Below are positions 9,816 to 19,829 of a stretch of 64,000 nt of DNA, piece after piece (position 1 is the first letter of the stretch; each line of letters starts with the position of its first letter). The DNA comes from an uncultured Gammaproteobacteria bacterium (GTDB lineage Bacteria > Pseudomonadota > Gammaproteobacteria > UBA9214). The stretch covers positions 672,001-736,000 of the forward strand of contig CAVVHS010000006.1 of assembly GCA_963748215.1 (NCBI GenBank), given 5' to 3'. The translations under genes were made by a program, and so were the position numbers. The notes beneath the pieces were generated by a model. That model was not told where the DNA came from and ran no database searches. It saw nothing but the letters and a program-made list of their open reading frames with translations.

Positions 9816-10478
9816 TTAATTCAGTCTGCCGGCCACTTCGGGATAGAGTGCCGATGCGAGCACGCGAAATTCATTGGCGGCCTTGCTCTGCGGCCACATT
9901 TCAAACACAGCCAGACCTTCGCTCAATGAACGCCTGAAACTGGTGCGCATTTTCAGCCGCTGCGGCAGCACCTCATCGATTCCCGGCAACATGCGCAGCG
10001 CTGCTTCGGTTTCATGCGTCTCGCGTATCGACTTGTTGGTGTCCGCACGATTGACGAATGCCATGGTCCTCTGCCTGCCATTCATTTTTACCGCTTCCAG
10101 ATCGGGGCCGAGAATATGCAGGAATCGTTGCGTCGCCCAGACATCCGCCTGGCTGGGCGGCACCGGGATGAGAATCCTGTCAGCCGATGTCATGGCCTCC
10201 TTCATCGCCGCCATGTTCGCCGCGCCAACATCCACGAGGACTTCGCAATCCCGATGCGACATGAGCTGTTCACTGAGTACCGCACGGACCGAATGTATCG
10301 TCAGGTCCGGCCGGATACCGATTTCGCGCCGCAGGCCGCCCAGGTCGCTGAATGTGCATTGCGGGTCGAGATCATAGCCAACGACACGGCGGCCATTTCT
10401 CTCCAGCCACACCGCAAGATTGAATGCGACGGTACTCTTTCCCGAGCCACCTTTCAGATTTGCGATTACAGTGATCAT
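9816..10478 (-). CDS. Short ParA/MinD-family ATPase (220 aa)
   Basis: Deviant Walker A KGGSGKST, DLDPQ, VLVDVG, ILIPVPPSQAD; no parB nearby. Confidence 0.88.
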   Translation of the reverse strand: MITVIANLKGGSGKSTVAFNLAVWLERNGRRVVGYDLDPQCTFSDLGGLRREIGIRPDLTIHSVRAVLSEQLMSHRDCEVLVDVGAANMAAMKEAMTSADRILIPVPPSQADVWATQRFLHILGPDLEAVKMNGRQRTMAFVNRADTNKSIRETHETEAALRMLPGIDEVLPQRLKMRTSFRRSLSEGLAVFEMWPQSKAANEFRVLASALYPEVAGRLN

Positions 10479-10544
10479 TGCCCGAGTCCGAACCCTCCTG
10501 AAAAATGGTTTGACTGCAGGCTCAGCACCCGCGTCAACGCGACG

Positions 10545-11306
10545 CTAGTTCCCACTGCCTTGCGGCATGCTGATCTCCTTGTAGCCAGCGGGGACAGAGA
10601 ATAATTCAGCAGGCTGTGCCTGCTGCTTGATATTGATCAAATTCCGTGTGAATCCACCGGGCTGTTCCTCGCTGATAATCATCTGCAGTGCCGGATCATA
10701 CCACTGGTATGAAACCATGCTCTGGCCATTGGTATAGCTGGCGGACATTTCCCACTTCTCGGCGCTGCGGCCGTTGACCTGCTCGACGCCCAGCATGCGG
10801 GCCTCCATGGAAGAACCGTCCGGCATGACCTGGCGTACCGGTATCCGGCGCTCCTCGTCGAGCCAGAACTGCATACTGCCACCCTCACCGCTTGCGACGC
10901 TGCTCACTTCCCATTTCCTGGCCTTGCGACCGTTGACGACCTCGATACCGCCCTCTTTGCATGTCAGGTTCTGCATACCCGCGCAGGGATTCCCGTCGGA
11001 TTCTCCCGTGCCCTGCTGCATCATATCCTGCTCTCCCGCATGCCTGTGCATGTAGGACTTCTCGGCAGGATTGATAATCACCGCTTCCTGTCTGTCCAGG
11101 TCGATGATCTGGATAATATTCTGTCCATTCATATCATACTCTGTGCGGACCTTGTTCTTGCCGATATACAGTTTGCCTGTGTGCTCACCCTGCTGCGGGT
11201 GGGATTCGACAGTATCCGCTGAAAATTCGACAACCGGTTGTGCCGCCGATACAGGCTGAATCGACAACACCAGTACAGTAAACAATGAAAGCAAAATGGA
11301 TCGCAT
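10545..11306 (-). CDS. Exported DUF4412-like (LolA/RseB-like fold) protein
   Basis: Signal peptide MRSILLSLF...VSAA; internal duplication (GIEVVNGRKARKWEV / GVEQVNGRSAEKWEM); C-terminal LFSVPAGYKEI. Confidence 0.7.
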   Translation of the reverse strand: MRSILLSLFTVLVLSIQPVSAAQPVVEFSADTVESHPQQGEHTGKLYIGKNKVRTEYDMNGQNIIQIIDLDRQEAVIINPAEKSYMHRHAGEQDMMQQGTGESDGNPCAGMQNLTCKEGGIEVVNGRKARKWEVSSVASGEGGSMQFWLDEERRIPVRQVMPDGSSMEARMLGVEQVNGRSAEKWEMSASYTNGQSMVSYQWYDPALQMIISEEQPGGFTRNLINIKQQAQPAELFSVPAGYKEISMPQGSGN

Positions 11307-11353
11307 TTCGTGTGCCCTCTGGTTCACTTTTTTACTGGCCGTGATTGTAAAAG

Positions 11354-11391
11354 AAACGAGCCAAAACACAGTAATGTGTTTTGGCTCGTTT
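11354..11391 (-). terminator. Intrinsic terminator-like hairpin downstream of sgp-like gene
   Basis: 17-bp perfect stem aaacgagccaaaacaca / tgtgttttggctcgttt, followed on the minus strand by CTTTT, 14 nt after the stop. Confidence 0.7.
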
Positions 11392-11404
11392 ACATGTCTA
11401 ACTA

Positions 11405-11812
11405 CTACCTGGCTTCGCCAGCGGGAGCTGCCGGGGCTGCCGGGGCACCGTAGCCATACGGTGCGCCACCACCATAGCCGCCGGGATAACCGCCATAGCC
11501 GCCAGGATAGCCGCCATAACCGCCATAACCGCCACCAGGATAGCCACCATAGCCATAGCCAGGATAGCCGTAGGGGCCATAGCCGCCGTAGCCATAGCCA
11601 CGACCATAGCCACGACCATGGCCACGACCGGAACCACCACCGCTCATGTTGAAGTCCATATCACCCCAACCATCACCGTCGAAGGGGCCCCAGTCGGAAC
11701 CCCAGTTGTCACCACCGCCCCATGGACCACCGCCCCAGGCATGGGCGGCCATAGGTGCAGCCATCAAGCCGGCAACGGCAGCGGCACACAGAGTTTTCGT
11801 TACTTTCTTCAT
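11405..11812 (-). CDS. Sulfur globule envelope protein (SgpA/SgpB, CV1/CV2-like)
   Basis: Sec signal ending AHA-W; Trp/Gly-rich N-terminus, [26 protein letters not shown] repeats and APAAPAAP tail, as in Chromatiaceae Sgp proteins. Confidence 0.75.
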   Translation of the reverse strand: MKKVTKTLCAAAVAGLMAAPMAAHAWGGGPWGGGDNWGSDWGPFDGDGWGDMDFNMSGGGSGRGHGRGYGRGYGYGGYGPYGYPGYGYGGYPGGGYGGYGGYPGGYGGYPGGYGGGAPYGYGAPAAPAAPAGEAR

Positions 11813-11945
11813 TTCACTATCTCCTGATTATTGTGCTTACAAGTCATCTTGCAAACAATTCTCCCCTTTCAAATGAAACCAGCAGCCAAAGGGAGGAAGC
11901 ATTGCTGATCAACAAAAGACTTTGTTTACTGCGTGCAGGTCACCG

Positions 11946-12320
11946 TTACCAGCCGGGACCACCATAGCCACCGCCGGGATAGCCACCACCATAGCCACCG
12001 CCGGGATAGCCACCACCATAGCCACCGCCGGGATAGCCACCACCATAGCCACCGCCGGGATAGCCACCGTAACCGTAGGGGCCATAGCCGCCATAACCAT
12101 AGTTACGGCCATAGCCACGACCATAACCGGAACCACGACCACCGCCGCTCATGTTGAAGTCCATATCACCCCAACCATCGCCGTCGAAGGGGCCCCAGTC
12201 GGAACCCCAGTTGTCACCACCGCCCCAGGGGCCCCCACCCCAGGCATGGGCAGCGGAGAAGGGCAGCGAGATCAGGCCGGCAACGGCAACGACACGTAAA
12301 ACCTTGTTAACCACTTTCAT
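11946..12320 (-). CDS. Second sulfur globule envelope protein paralog
   Basis: Start MKVVNKV; mature N-terminus identical to the neighbour ([35 protein letters not shown]); GGYGGGYPG repeats. Confidence 0.75.
   Translation of the reverse strand: MKVVNKVLRVVAVAGLISLPFSAAHAWGGGPWGGGDNWGSDWGPFDGDGWGDMDFNMSGGGRGSGYGRGYGRNYGYGGYGPYGYGGYPGGGYGGGYPGGGYGGGYPGGGYGGGYPGGGYGGPGW
11960..12070. repeat. 27-bp coding tandem repeat (about 4 copies)
   Basis: accatagccaccgccgggatagccacc repeated; encodes GGYPGGGYG. Confidence 0.85.
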
Positions 12321-12372
12321 CGGGTACAACCTCAATCTGTTGAGAAAAAACCGCAATATTCGATTGCGGGTG

Positions 12373-13062
12373 CTACCAATAATATCCGGGTGTTGCATTA
12401 TTCAGGGTTGTACCGGGCTGTCCTGAATTCTGTCCGGTATAGCCATTGTACGCAGGCGGATTCAAGCCCGGCTGCTGGCCGGGCATCTGCCAGGTATCCA
12501 TACTCTGACCTGCTGCGGCATTCCCGTCCCGGGAATTGCCCGGCACGCCCCACGGCCTCTGTACCGGCTGGTACTGCGGTTGCGCCGGGTAAGGCTGGTA
12601 CTGTGGCGCAGGCTGGTATGGCTGCTGGTATTGCGGCGCGGGCTGGTAGGGTTGTGGCTGCACGACCGGTTGCTGCATCGGGGTCTGTCCGTATCCGCCC
12701 CAGCCGCCGCTGACGGGATACTGCGGCATCCCCTGCTGTGCAGGATACGGTGCCGGCTGCCAGGCCTGGCCGGTGGGAGCGTAACCCTGTCCGTACTGTG
12801 CGGGGGGCGCAGCCGTTATCTGCTGTTGCTGCATACCCTGTCCTGGAGCCGGTGGAAATACGTAATACGGCGACTGCTGATGCTTGGGTGTCGGGTACCA
12901 TTCCCTGACCTGTATCGAAGCGTCCGGTTGCACGGACTTATCCTGTGTTGCCGGCATGTGTTCAGGCTCATCTGCTGCACAGGCGCTAACCAGTAAGACG
13001 GCGACACAAACAAGTAATCTTGATATTTTGCAATTGACAAATGGAACTGTCTCCTGATTCAT
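12373..13062 (-). CDS. Exported Pro/Gln/Tyr-rich low-complexity protein (possible lipoprotein)
   Basis: Hydrophobic signal ending LVSAC; QPYQPAPQY repeats; WYPTPK and RPWG motifs. Confidence 0.65.
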   Translation of the reverse strand: MNQETVPFVNCKISRLLVCVAVLLVSACAADEPEHMPATQDKSVQPDASIQVREWYPTPKHQQSPYYVFPPAPGQGMQQQQITAAPPAQYGQGYAPTGQAWQPAPYPAQQGMPQYPVSGGWGGYGQTPMQQPVVQPQPYQPAPQYQQPYQPAPQYQPYPAQPQYQPVQRPWGVPGNSRDGNAAAGQSMDTWQMPGQQPGLNPPAYNGYTGQNSGQPGTTLNNATPGYYW

Positions 13063-13095
13063 GTCATCACTGTTGACCGGAAAATCACACCCATA

Positions 13096-14364
13096 CTACC
13101 GGTAACCCTGCATTGGAGCCTGCGGATACTGCATCGAGTCATAGACAGGTGGGGGTGGCACGTTCAGCTCATCCGGCCTTGCCTGTCCGCGGGGATAGCC
13201 ATAGGCCGGCATATTCCTGTAGCCAGGCGCACCTGACTGGTAGGGATAACCGGGGGCCTGGTAATTGTATCCCGGACCCGCGGGTGGCATGGGACGGCCA
13301 TAATAGCCGGCCGCCGGTGCGCGATCGGCAGCCTGTCCCTGCAACGGTACCGCAGGACCTGGCGCTACCGGCGTTTCCGGTGCCATGCGGCCTGCGGCCG
13401 GCGGCATCATGTGATCGTAATCGCCCGGCATGGGCGGCTGGAACAATGGCTGTTCGCGGCTGGCTGTCGCAGGCTGTTCGCTAACCGGCAGTTCCGGCAT
13501 AGTGCCCGCCACCGGTGGCGCAGGAATCGCTTCCTGTCCTCGTGGCAGCTGGCCTGTCAGTGTATCAGCTGCTGCGGGAACTTGCTCTGTCAGGTGCGGT
13601 TGCGTGACCAGAGCTGGCGGCGACGCGGGCTGTACCGGGGTCTGTGGTTCTTCACTCACCGCCAGCGGTAACGTCGGCGCGTCGTGTCCCGGCATGGATG
13701 GCGTGCCGGCAGTGTCTTCAGTCGCCACCGCGGCAGCCGTTTCGGCAGACGGCTGTTCCATGTCTGTGCCGGCCGTTACCGGCATCCCAGGTACGTGCTC
13801 CGGCACTGCAGCCTTCGCCTGCCCGGCGGCAGTTTCCGCATCGCTGGCCGCGGCTGTCGCCGGCGCTTCGGGTGCGTCTGCTTCCATGGTCACTCCCGTC
13901 TCGACGGTTTGCTCCTGCTGTACAGTCATGGCCTCATCCTCGCTGCGGCTTTCAGCCGTGACTTCCTTCGCCGGCTGTGACATGTCCGACTGGTAATGAC
14001 CGGGCACGGGCGGCATGGTCCGAGTCTCGCCAGGTGTGGCGCTGGTCATGATTTCAGGCGCCGACTGTTCGGCTGCCCCACCGGGCACACCGCCAACCAT
14101 GGTGCCTTCAGGAAACAATTCCTGTTCAGCTTGTTGCCGCGGCATAGCCATTGGCACCTGGGTAATCGTAGCGGGCCCCGGTACGCGCGGATCGATATTG
14201 ACCGGCTGATAGGGACCGGCTGGTGGTGGTGCAGATACCAGCGACCATTCATCGCTGTACTTGAACGGTGTCTCCGGTTCCTCGGCATGTGATACTTGCA
14301 GCAGGAATACGGCAGCCAGCATCAGCAGCAGATGCGTTCCCCTGAGACGACGATTAGCGTTCAT
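13096..14364 (-). CDS. Exported Pro/Ala-rich low-complexity protein
   Basis: Signal peptide ending SHA; N-terminal PPPAGPYQPVNIDPRVPG; Tyr/Gly/Pro-rich C-terminus. Confidence 0.65.
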   Translation of the reverse strand: MNANRRLRGTHLLLMLAAVFLLQVSHAEEPETPFKYSDEWSLVSAPPPAGPYQPVNIDPRVPGPATITQVPMAMPRQQAEQELFPEGTMVGGVPGGAAEQSAPEIMTSATPGETRTMPPVPGHYQSDMSQPAKEVTAESRSEDEAMTVQQEQTVETGVTMEADAPEAPATAAASDAETAAGQAKAAVPEHVPGMPVTAGTDMEQPSAETAAAVATEDTAGTPSMPGHDAPTLPLAVSEEPQTPVQPASPPALVTQPHLTEQVPAAADTLTGQLPRGQEAIPAPPVAGTMPELPVSEQPATASREQPLFQPPMPGDYDHMMPPAAGRMAPETPVAPGPAVPLQGQAADRAPAAGYYGRPMPPAGPGYNYQAPGYPYQSGAPGYRNMPAYGYPRGQARPDELNVPPPPVYDSMQYPQAPMQGYR

Positions 14365-14431
14365 ATCAATTCACCTTGATTCATATTGAGTAACAGCGTG
14401 GTTGTCGCCCTGGCCGATCCACATCCAAAGC

Positions 14432-17400
14432 TTAGTTCAAATCCTGTTTCAAGCGTATACCGCGCCGCTTTGACCCGACAGTATCCTGTACTTCCGCATC
14501 GGCATCATCATCCACATCCATGTCGGTCATATCGCGTGCCATCCTCACCGGTTCCGCTTCAGTTGCTGGCGGCTCGCTGATCGCGGCAGGCTCTGCTGGT
14601 GGTGGCGATGTCACTTCGGTGGCTGGCTCCTGAGTCCCGGCAGACAGGGCACTGGCAGTTTCGACCGGCGTATCGGCTGGCTCGACGGTTGCCGGAGTCT
14701 CCGCTACTGGCAACTCGCGCGGCGGCGGAGCACTGACTGGAGCGGCTGGTGCCTCGCGCGGTGGCGGAGCACTGACTGCAGTGGCAGGCGCCTCGCGCGG
14801 TGGTGGGGCACTGACTGGAGGAGCTGGTGCCTCGCGCGGTGGCGGAGCACTGACTGCGGTGGCGGGTACCTGGCGCGGTGGCGGAGCACTGACTGCAGTG
14901 GCTGGTACCTCGCGCGGCGGCGGTGGCGTACCAGCCGCGGCGGGCGCCGGCTTTTCACGCGGCGGTGGCGGCGTACCACCGGGCGGCGGTTGACGCGGCG
15001 GTGGCGGTGTACCTCCGCCTCGTGGCGGCGGCGGTGTACCGCCCCTGGGTGGAGGTGGTGTCCCGCCACCCGCCTTGCCAAATCTTCCGAAAATTCCCTT
15101 GAATCCCATACCGATCAGGGTAAAGACGGCCTTGATGATGATAAAGACCCAGGAGAATGCCGAGAAGATTCCACCCCAGAGACGCATCAGGAGCGGTGTG
15201 CGTGCCGCCTTCTCCGCGGCCTCGGCTTCATCATCGGTATGTTCGATGATCTGGAAGGCGCGGCTTATCGACACGGTGCCATCATCAGCCGTCTCAACAT
15301 AGAACTGCCGCTTCGCGCTGATACAGCCGAGCGGCACGATAATCAGTGCCATGACGGTCGCCACGCCGGCACCGAACAGCAGGCTGATTGCCATACCGTT
15401 AAAAATCGGGTCCTGCAGGATGGCAAATGCGCCCGCCATCAGGGTCAGCGAGGTAATGAAGATGGGACGCATACGCATTTCGGCGCCCCTGACGGCTGCC
15501 TCAGTGACCTCTTTCCCCTGGGCAACCTCGATCTTGACAAATTCCACGATCAGAATCGACTGGCGCACGATGATACCGCCCAGCGCAATCATGCCTATCA
15601 TGGAGGTGGCCGTGAATTCCGAACCCATTATCCAATGACCAGGGATAATGCCCATGAGCGTCACCGGGATCGGCGACATGATGATGCCGGCCAGGGCGAA
15701 GTTCTTGAACTCCCACACGATCAGTCCGTAGATCAGGATCAGTGCCGCCATGAAGGCGCCACCCATATCACGGAACGTTTCGTAGGTCACCGTCCACTCG
15801 CCGGTCCACTCGAAGTGAGATTGCGAATCATCCTTGATCAGTTCGAGCAGGGTGATCGGCATGGTGGGCATTTTCACCCCGTCAGGTGTCACATACTCCT
15901 TGACGTAATCATCGATAGCCAGCATGCCGTAGATCGGCGCACCCAGTCTGCCCTGCATCTCGCCGGTGACATACTCCACACCGCGCAGATCGATGGTGTA
16001 GATGGTTGGGTCTTCGTATTCTTTACTGAACGTCCCCAGCTCTGACAGGGGTACGGTCCGGCCATCCGCCGTCGGCACCGGCAGGTCGCCCAGCCGCGTG
16101 ACCTGCGAGCGTATCGCCAATGGAATCTGCATGACGATATAGGTCGGCTCCAGCACGGTGCCGCGCTTGATGTCGCCCAGCTTGTAGCTGCCCATGGCCA
16201 TCGCCAGCGTGCCGTTGATGGTATCGACCGATATTCCACGCCGGACGGCCTTTTCGGTATCGACATCGAAGCGCCAGAACTCGTAGGGATCGGCCATGTA
16301 AGTGTCGACATCGACAACATCCTCAACGGCTTCGAACATGGCTGTCAGGTCAGTCGCCACCTGGCGGCGTGTCTCGGCATCCGGTCCGTAGACCTCGGCA
16401 ACAACGGTTTGCAGTACGGGCGGACCTGGCGGCATTTCGACGACGGCTATCCGCGCGCCCAGGCGGTCGGCGATCGGTTTCAGTATCGAGCGCGCAACCA
16501 CGGCTATCTCGTGACTGCCACGCTCGCGATCGTTCTTGTCTTTCAGCATGACCAGCAGGTCACCTTCCCACGAACGCTGCCTGAGGTAGTAGTGCCTTAC
16601 CATGCCGTTGAAATTGAATGGCTGCGCCGTTCCCGCATAGGTAACGACCGCGGTGACTTCCGGTATTTCCTTGACTGCCTCCGCCAGCGACATGACGACA
16701 TTGGCAGTGTCCGGCATGGCCGTGCCTTCCGGCATATTCACGATGACGGAGAATTCCGGCTTGTTGTCGAACGGCAGCATCTTCACGGCCACCTGCTGGG
16801 TGTAGAACGTCACGCAGAGACCGGCGGTTATGCCGATGACCAGAAACAGGAACAGCAGTCCGAGTTTCCGGTTGTTGATGAGCGGCATGATAATCGGCCG
16901 GTAAAATCTGCTGATGCGCTCGTGGGCCCGCTTTTCCTTTTCTTCTGCACGTTTCAGTGCAGCATGTCTTGGCGCCAGCTTGACCGCCATCCAGGGCGTG
17001 AAGATGAACGCGGCGACCAGTGAAAAGAACATGGCAGAAGAACCCAGCACGGGTATCGGCCGCATATAGGGCCCCATCAGGCCGCTGACCCAGCCCATCG
17101 GCAACAGGGCCGCGATAATGGTGAATGTTGCCAGAATGGTAGGATTACCCACCTCGCGTACGGCATCGATCGCAACGGCGACACTGGTTTTGCCCTTGAG
17201 GAGCCAGTGCCGGAAAATATTCTCGACGACCACGGTCGCGTCGTCGACCAGGATACCGATCGCAAAGATCAGTGCGAACAGGCTGACACGGTCGACAGTG
17301 TAATCCACCATCATTGCCCACCAGATGGTGAGCAGAATCACCACGGGGATAACCGCGATAACCACGATCGCGGCACGCAGCCCCAGGCCGACCAGACACA

Positions 17401-18541
17401 GTATCGCAACGATGGCCGCTGCTTCCAGCATGGCCTGCAGCAACTCGTTTACCTTGTCATCGGCGGTCTTGCCATAGTTGCGCGTCACCGCGACATTGAC
17501 ATTGGCAGGTATCAGGTCGCGCTTCAGCGCCTCCACCTTGTCCAGGATTTTGTGCGCAACAGTGACGCCGTTGGTGCCTTCCTTTTTTGCAATGGCAACG
17601 GTAACCGCCGGATTACCAATTGACGGGCCGGTATCGCCGTCATAGGCCGGCCCGGTGTAATAGGTAACCATCTGGCTGGGATCCGCCGGCTCATCGACAA
17701 CCCTGGCAACATCCCGTACATAGACCGGCGCGCCCTGGCGGATACCGATAACCAGTCGGCCGATCTCCTTGGCACTGGTCAGAAAGGAACCGGTTCGTAC
17801 CGTAAAGGCCAGGCCACCTGACTCGACGCCGCCCGCCGTCTGCTCGGAATTGGCCGTCTGTATGGTCTGCGCGACCTGTTGCATGCTGATGCCATAGCCT
17901 GACAGGCGCTCCGGCATGACCTCGACCTTGACCTGGTCCTCGCGCCCGCCGACGATGAAGCCCTTGCCGGCGCCTTCCACCTCGCCGAGGCGTTGCAGCA
18001 GGTCCAGGGAGAGGAGGCGCAAGGCGCCATCATCGATATCTTTCGACCATAGCGTCAATGTCACAATCGGTACATCGTCGACCGCGACCGGCTTGATCAA
18101 TGGCTGTTGTACGTTGGGGGGTATCTTGTCCATATTGGACATGATCTTGTCGTGCACCTTGACGATGGACTGGCCCATGTCCTCGTTCACCTTGAACCGG
18201 ACGGTAACCATCGCACGCCCGCGTTCAGTGGCCGTGTAGGTATGACGTATTCCCTGGATTTCCTGCAACAGTCGTTCCAGTGGTTCCGTGACCAGACTGG
18301 CAACCTGTTCCGCGGAGGCGCCCGGATACTGGACGAACACGTCGATCATCGGCACCGAGATTTGCGGATCTTCCTGACGCGGGGTAAAGAACAGACCAAG
18401 CAAACCGACCAGCAGGGATACAATCAGTATCATGGGCGTGACCGGCGAGGTAATGAACAGCCGCGCCGTTCTGCCAGCGATACCCAGCGAATGGGCATCG
18501 TAGTTAACCGGTGTGGAGAATTGCTTTTCTTGATCAGCCAT
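14432..18541 (-). CDS. RND efflux permease (AcrB/AcrD/AcrF family) with long Pro-rich C-terminal extension
   Basis: EDPQISVP, YPGASAEQV, GILVDDATVVVENIFRH, RMRPIFITSLT; ~250-aa low-complexity tail. Confidence 0.92.
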   Translation of the reverse strand: MADQEKQFSTPVNYDAHSLGIAGRTARLFITSPVTPMILIVSLLVGLLGLFFTPRQEDPQISVPMIDVFVQYPGASAEQVASLVTEPLERLLQEIQGIRHTYTATERGRAMVTVRFKVNEDMGQSIVKVHDKIMSNMDKIPPNVQQPLIKPVAVDDVPIVTLTLWSKDIDDGALRLLSLDLLQRLGEVEGAGKGFIVGGREDQVKVEVMPERLSGYGISMQQVAQTIQTANSEQTAGGVESGGLAFTVRTGSFLTSAKEIGRLVIGIRQGAPVYVRDVARVVDEPADPSQMVTYYTGPAYDGDTGPSIGNPAVTVAIAKKEGTNGVTVAHKILDKVEALKRDLIPANVNVAVTRNYGKTADDKVNELLQAMLEAAAIVAILCLVGLGLRAAIVVIAVIPVVILLTIWWAMMVDYTVDRVSLFALIFAIGILVDDATVVVENIFRHWLLKGKTSVAVAIDAVREVGNPTILATFTIIAALLPMGWVSGLMGPYMRPIPVLGSSAMFFSLVAAFIFTPWMAVKLAPRHAALKRAEEKEKRAHERISRFYRPIIMPLINNRKLGLLFLFLVIGITAGLCVTFYTQQVAVKMLPFDNKPEFSVIVNMPEGTAMPDTANVVMSLAEAVKEIPEVTAVVTYAGTAQPFNFNGMVRHYYLRQRSWEGDLLVMLKDKNDRERGSHEIAVVARSILKPIADRLGARIAVVEMPPGPPVLQTVVAEVYGPDAETRRQVATDLTAMFEAVEDVVDVDTYMADPYEFWRFDVDTEKAVRRGISVDTINGTLAMAMGSYKLGDIKRGTVLEPTYIVMQIPLAIRSQVTRLGDLPVPTADGRTVPLSELGTFSKEYEDPTIYTIDLRGVEYVTGEMQGRLGAPIYGMLAIDDYVKEYVTPDGVKMPTMPITLLELIKDDSQSHFEWTGEWTVTYETFRDMGGAFMAALILIYGLIVWEFKNFALAGIIMSPIPVTLMGIIPGHWIMGSEFTATSMIGMIALGGIIVRQSILIVEFVKIEVAQGKEVTEAAVRGAEMRMRPIFITSLTLMAGAFAILQDPIFNGMAISLLFGAGVATVMALIIVPLGCISAKRQFYVETADDGTVSISRAFQIIEHTDDEAEAAEKAARTPLLMRLWGGIFSAFSWVFIIIKAVFTLIGMGFKGIFGRFGKAGGGTPPPPRGGTPPPPRGGGTPPPPRQPPPGGTPPPPREKPAPAAAGTPPPPREVPATAVSAPPPRQVPATAVSAPPPREAPAPPVSAPPPREAPATAVSAPPPREAPAAPVSAPPPRELPVAETPATVEPADTPVETASALSAGTQEPATEVTSPPPAEPAAISEPPATEAEPVRMARDMTDMDVDDDADAEVQDTVGSKRRGIRLKQDLN
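14695..15070. repeat. Coding tandem repeats in RND tail (39-bp x~6 and GGTPPPPR x4)
   Basis: PPPRE(V/A)PATAVSA units and GGTPPPPR units visible in DNA and protein. Confidence 0.85.
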
Positions 18542-18689
18542 ACTTATATTCCGCCTTCTAGCGTGCTTTTGTCAGTACCACATTCGAAGCTTGTTTCATG
18601 CCGGTACCGATTCGCTGCCTTATTATTCGGGTTAATCATCCAGTCCGGATAGCGCATACCGTTCCAGTCAGATTGCCCCCCTTGCCCGG

Positions 18690-19829
18690 CTAGTTCCAGG
18701 AACCCTTTCTGTCGCCGGATTCCGCTCCCGTGACGAAAACACGTTCACCGGCACGCAAACCGGAGAGAATTGCGACACCTTCGGCACCGACGTCGTCGCC
18801 GGTCCTGACCAGGCGCAACTCACGCTGGTTCTGCTCGTTCATCACGTAGATGCCCGGCAGACTGCCGCGCCAGACCAGTGCACTCTTGGGCACTACCGGT
18901 AATTCACGCACCTTGGCATTGATATCGTTGATCATGACGTCTGCATACATGCCTGCACCACCCGGCGCACCGGCAGGCAGGTCGAGCTTGACTGTCACCG
19001 TGTGCCGGTCCGGGTCGGCGATCGGGAAAATCGTGGCAACGCGGGCCTGCACATTGACATTACCGACGTCCAGCCGCGCCGGCACGATCATGCCTTTCTT
19101 GATGCCCGGCATCAGCCGCGCCGGCACCTCGATCTGAATCTGCAGTTGGGACATATCCGCAAACTTGAGCAATGGCTGGCCGGGTTGCACGGGATCACCC
19201 ACTTCCACCAGTTTTTTCGTAATCACGCCCTTGAACGGCGCAACGGACTTGGCATCACGAATCTTGGTATCGATTTCCTCGATACTGGCACGGGCACCCT
19301 CGAGCGAGGAGCGTGCCTGCTCGATCTGCGTACCGTACTGGTAAAGCTGTGCATGACGGTCCATGCCGGGCGAACTGCCACCGGAAAAACTCTGCATCGG
19401 GTTGGTGAAATTGCGCATGATGGAACTCATGCCGCCCATCATTTCGTTCTCCTGACCACCATAGGGTGAAATCCACTCGCGTGAGTACTGAACCCCGGCG
19501 TTGCGAAACGCCGCCTCGGCATTGGCCAGATTTGCCCAGGCCGCACGACGCTTTGCCAGCAGGTCATCGATGCCAATGGCGATCAATTCGGTGCCTTCCT
19601 CGAAGAAATCGCCTTCTTCACCGGCGATGCTGCTGATTCGTCCGGGAATCTGCGCCGAGAAGGTCACATCCTTGATCGGAACAACCGTGCCGCCCAGGCT
19701 GACGGTTGCGCCCACCGGGATACTCGGAACCGTAATGACAGAGTCACCGGGTCCCTGTGCATGGGCGATCTGCGCAACTGTAAAACAGGCAGTTAAAATT
19801 CCAGCCAGAGCATACTTTTTGATTAACAT
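18690..19829 (-). CDS. RND periplasmic adaptor (membrane fusion protein)
   Basis: Lipoyl-like halves (SAQIPGRISSI...EGD; APFKGVITKKLVEVGDPVQPGQPL), coiled hairpin, VPKSAL, ILSGLRAGERV. Confidence 0.9.
   Translation of the reverse strand: MLIKKYALAGILTACFTVAQIAHAQGPGDSVITVPSIPVGATVSLGGTVVPIKDVTFSAQIPGRISSIAGEEGDFFEEGTELIAIGIDDLLAKRRAAWANLANAEAAFRNAGVQYSREWISPYGGQENEMMGGMSSIMRNFTNPMQSFSGGSSPGMDRHAQLYQYGTQIEQARSSLEGARASIEEIDTKIRDAKSVAPFKGVITKKLVEVGDPVQPGQPLLKFADMSQLQIQIEVPARLMPGIKKGMIVPARLDVGNVNVQARVATIFPIADPDRHTVTVKLDLPAGAPGGAGMYADVMINDINAKVRELPVVPKSALVWRGSLPGIYVMNEQNQRELRLVRTGDDVGAEGVAILSGLRAGERVFVTGAESGDRKGSWN

Noticed and set aside
11960-12070. Short regular repeats resembling a CRISPR array (also 14695-14930 and 36397-36492)
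   Set aside because: No unique spacers and no cas genes; these are coding tandem repeats or REP-like palindromes
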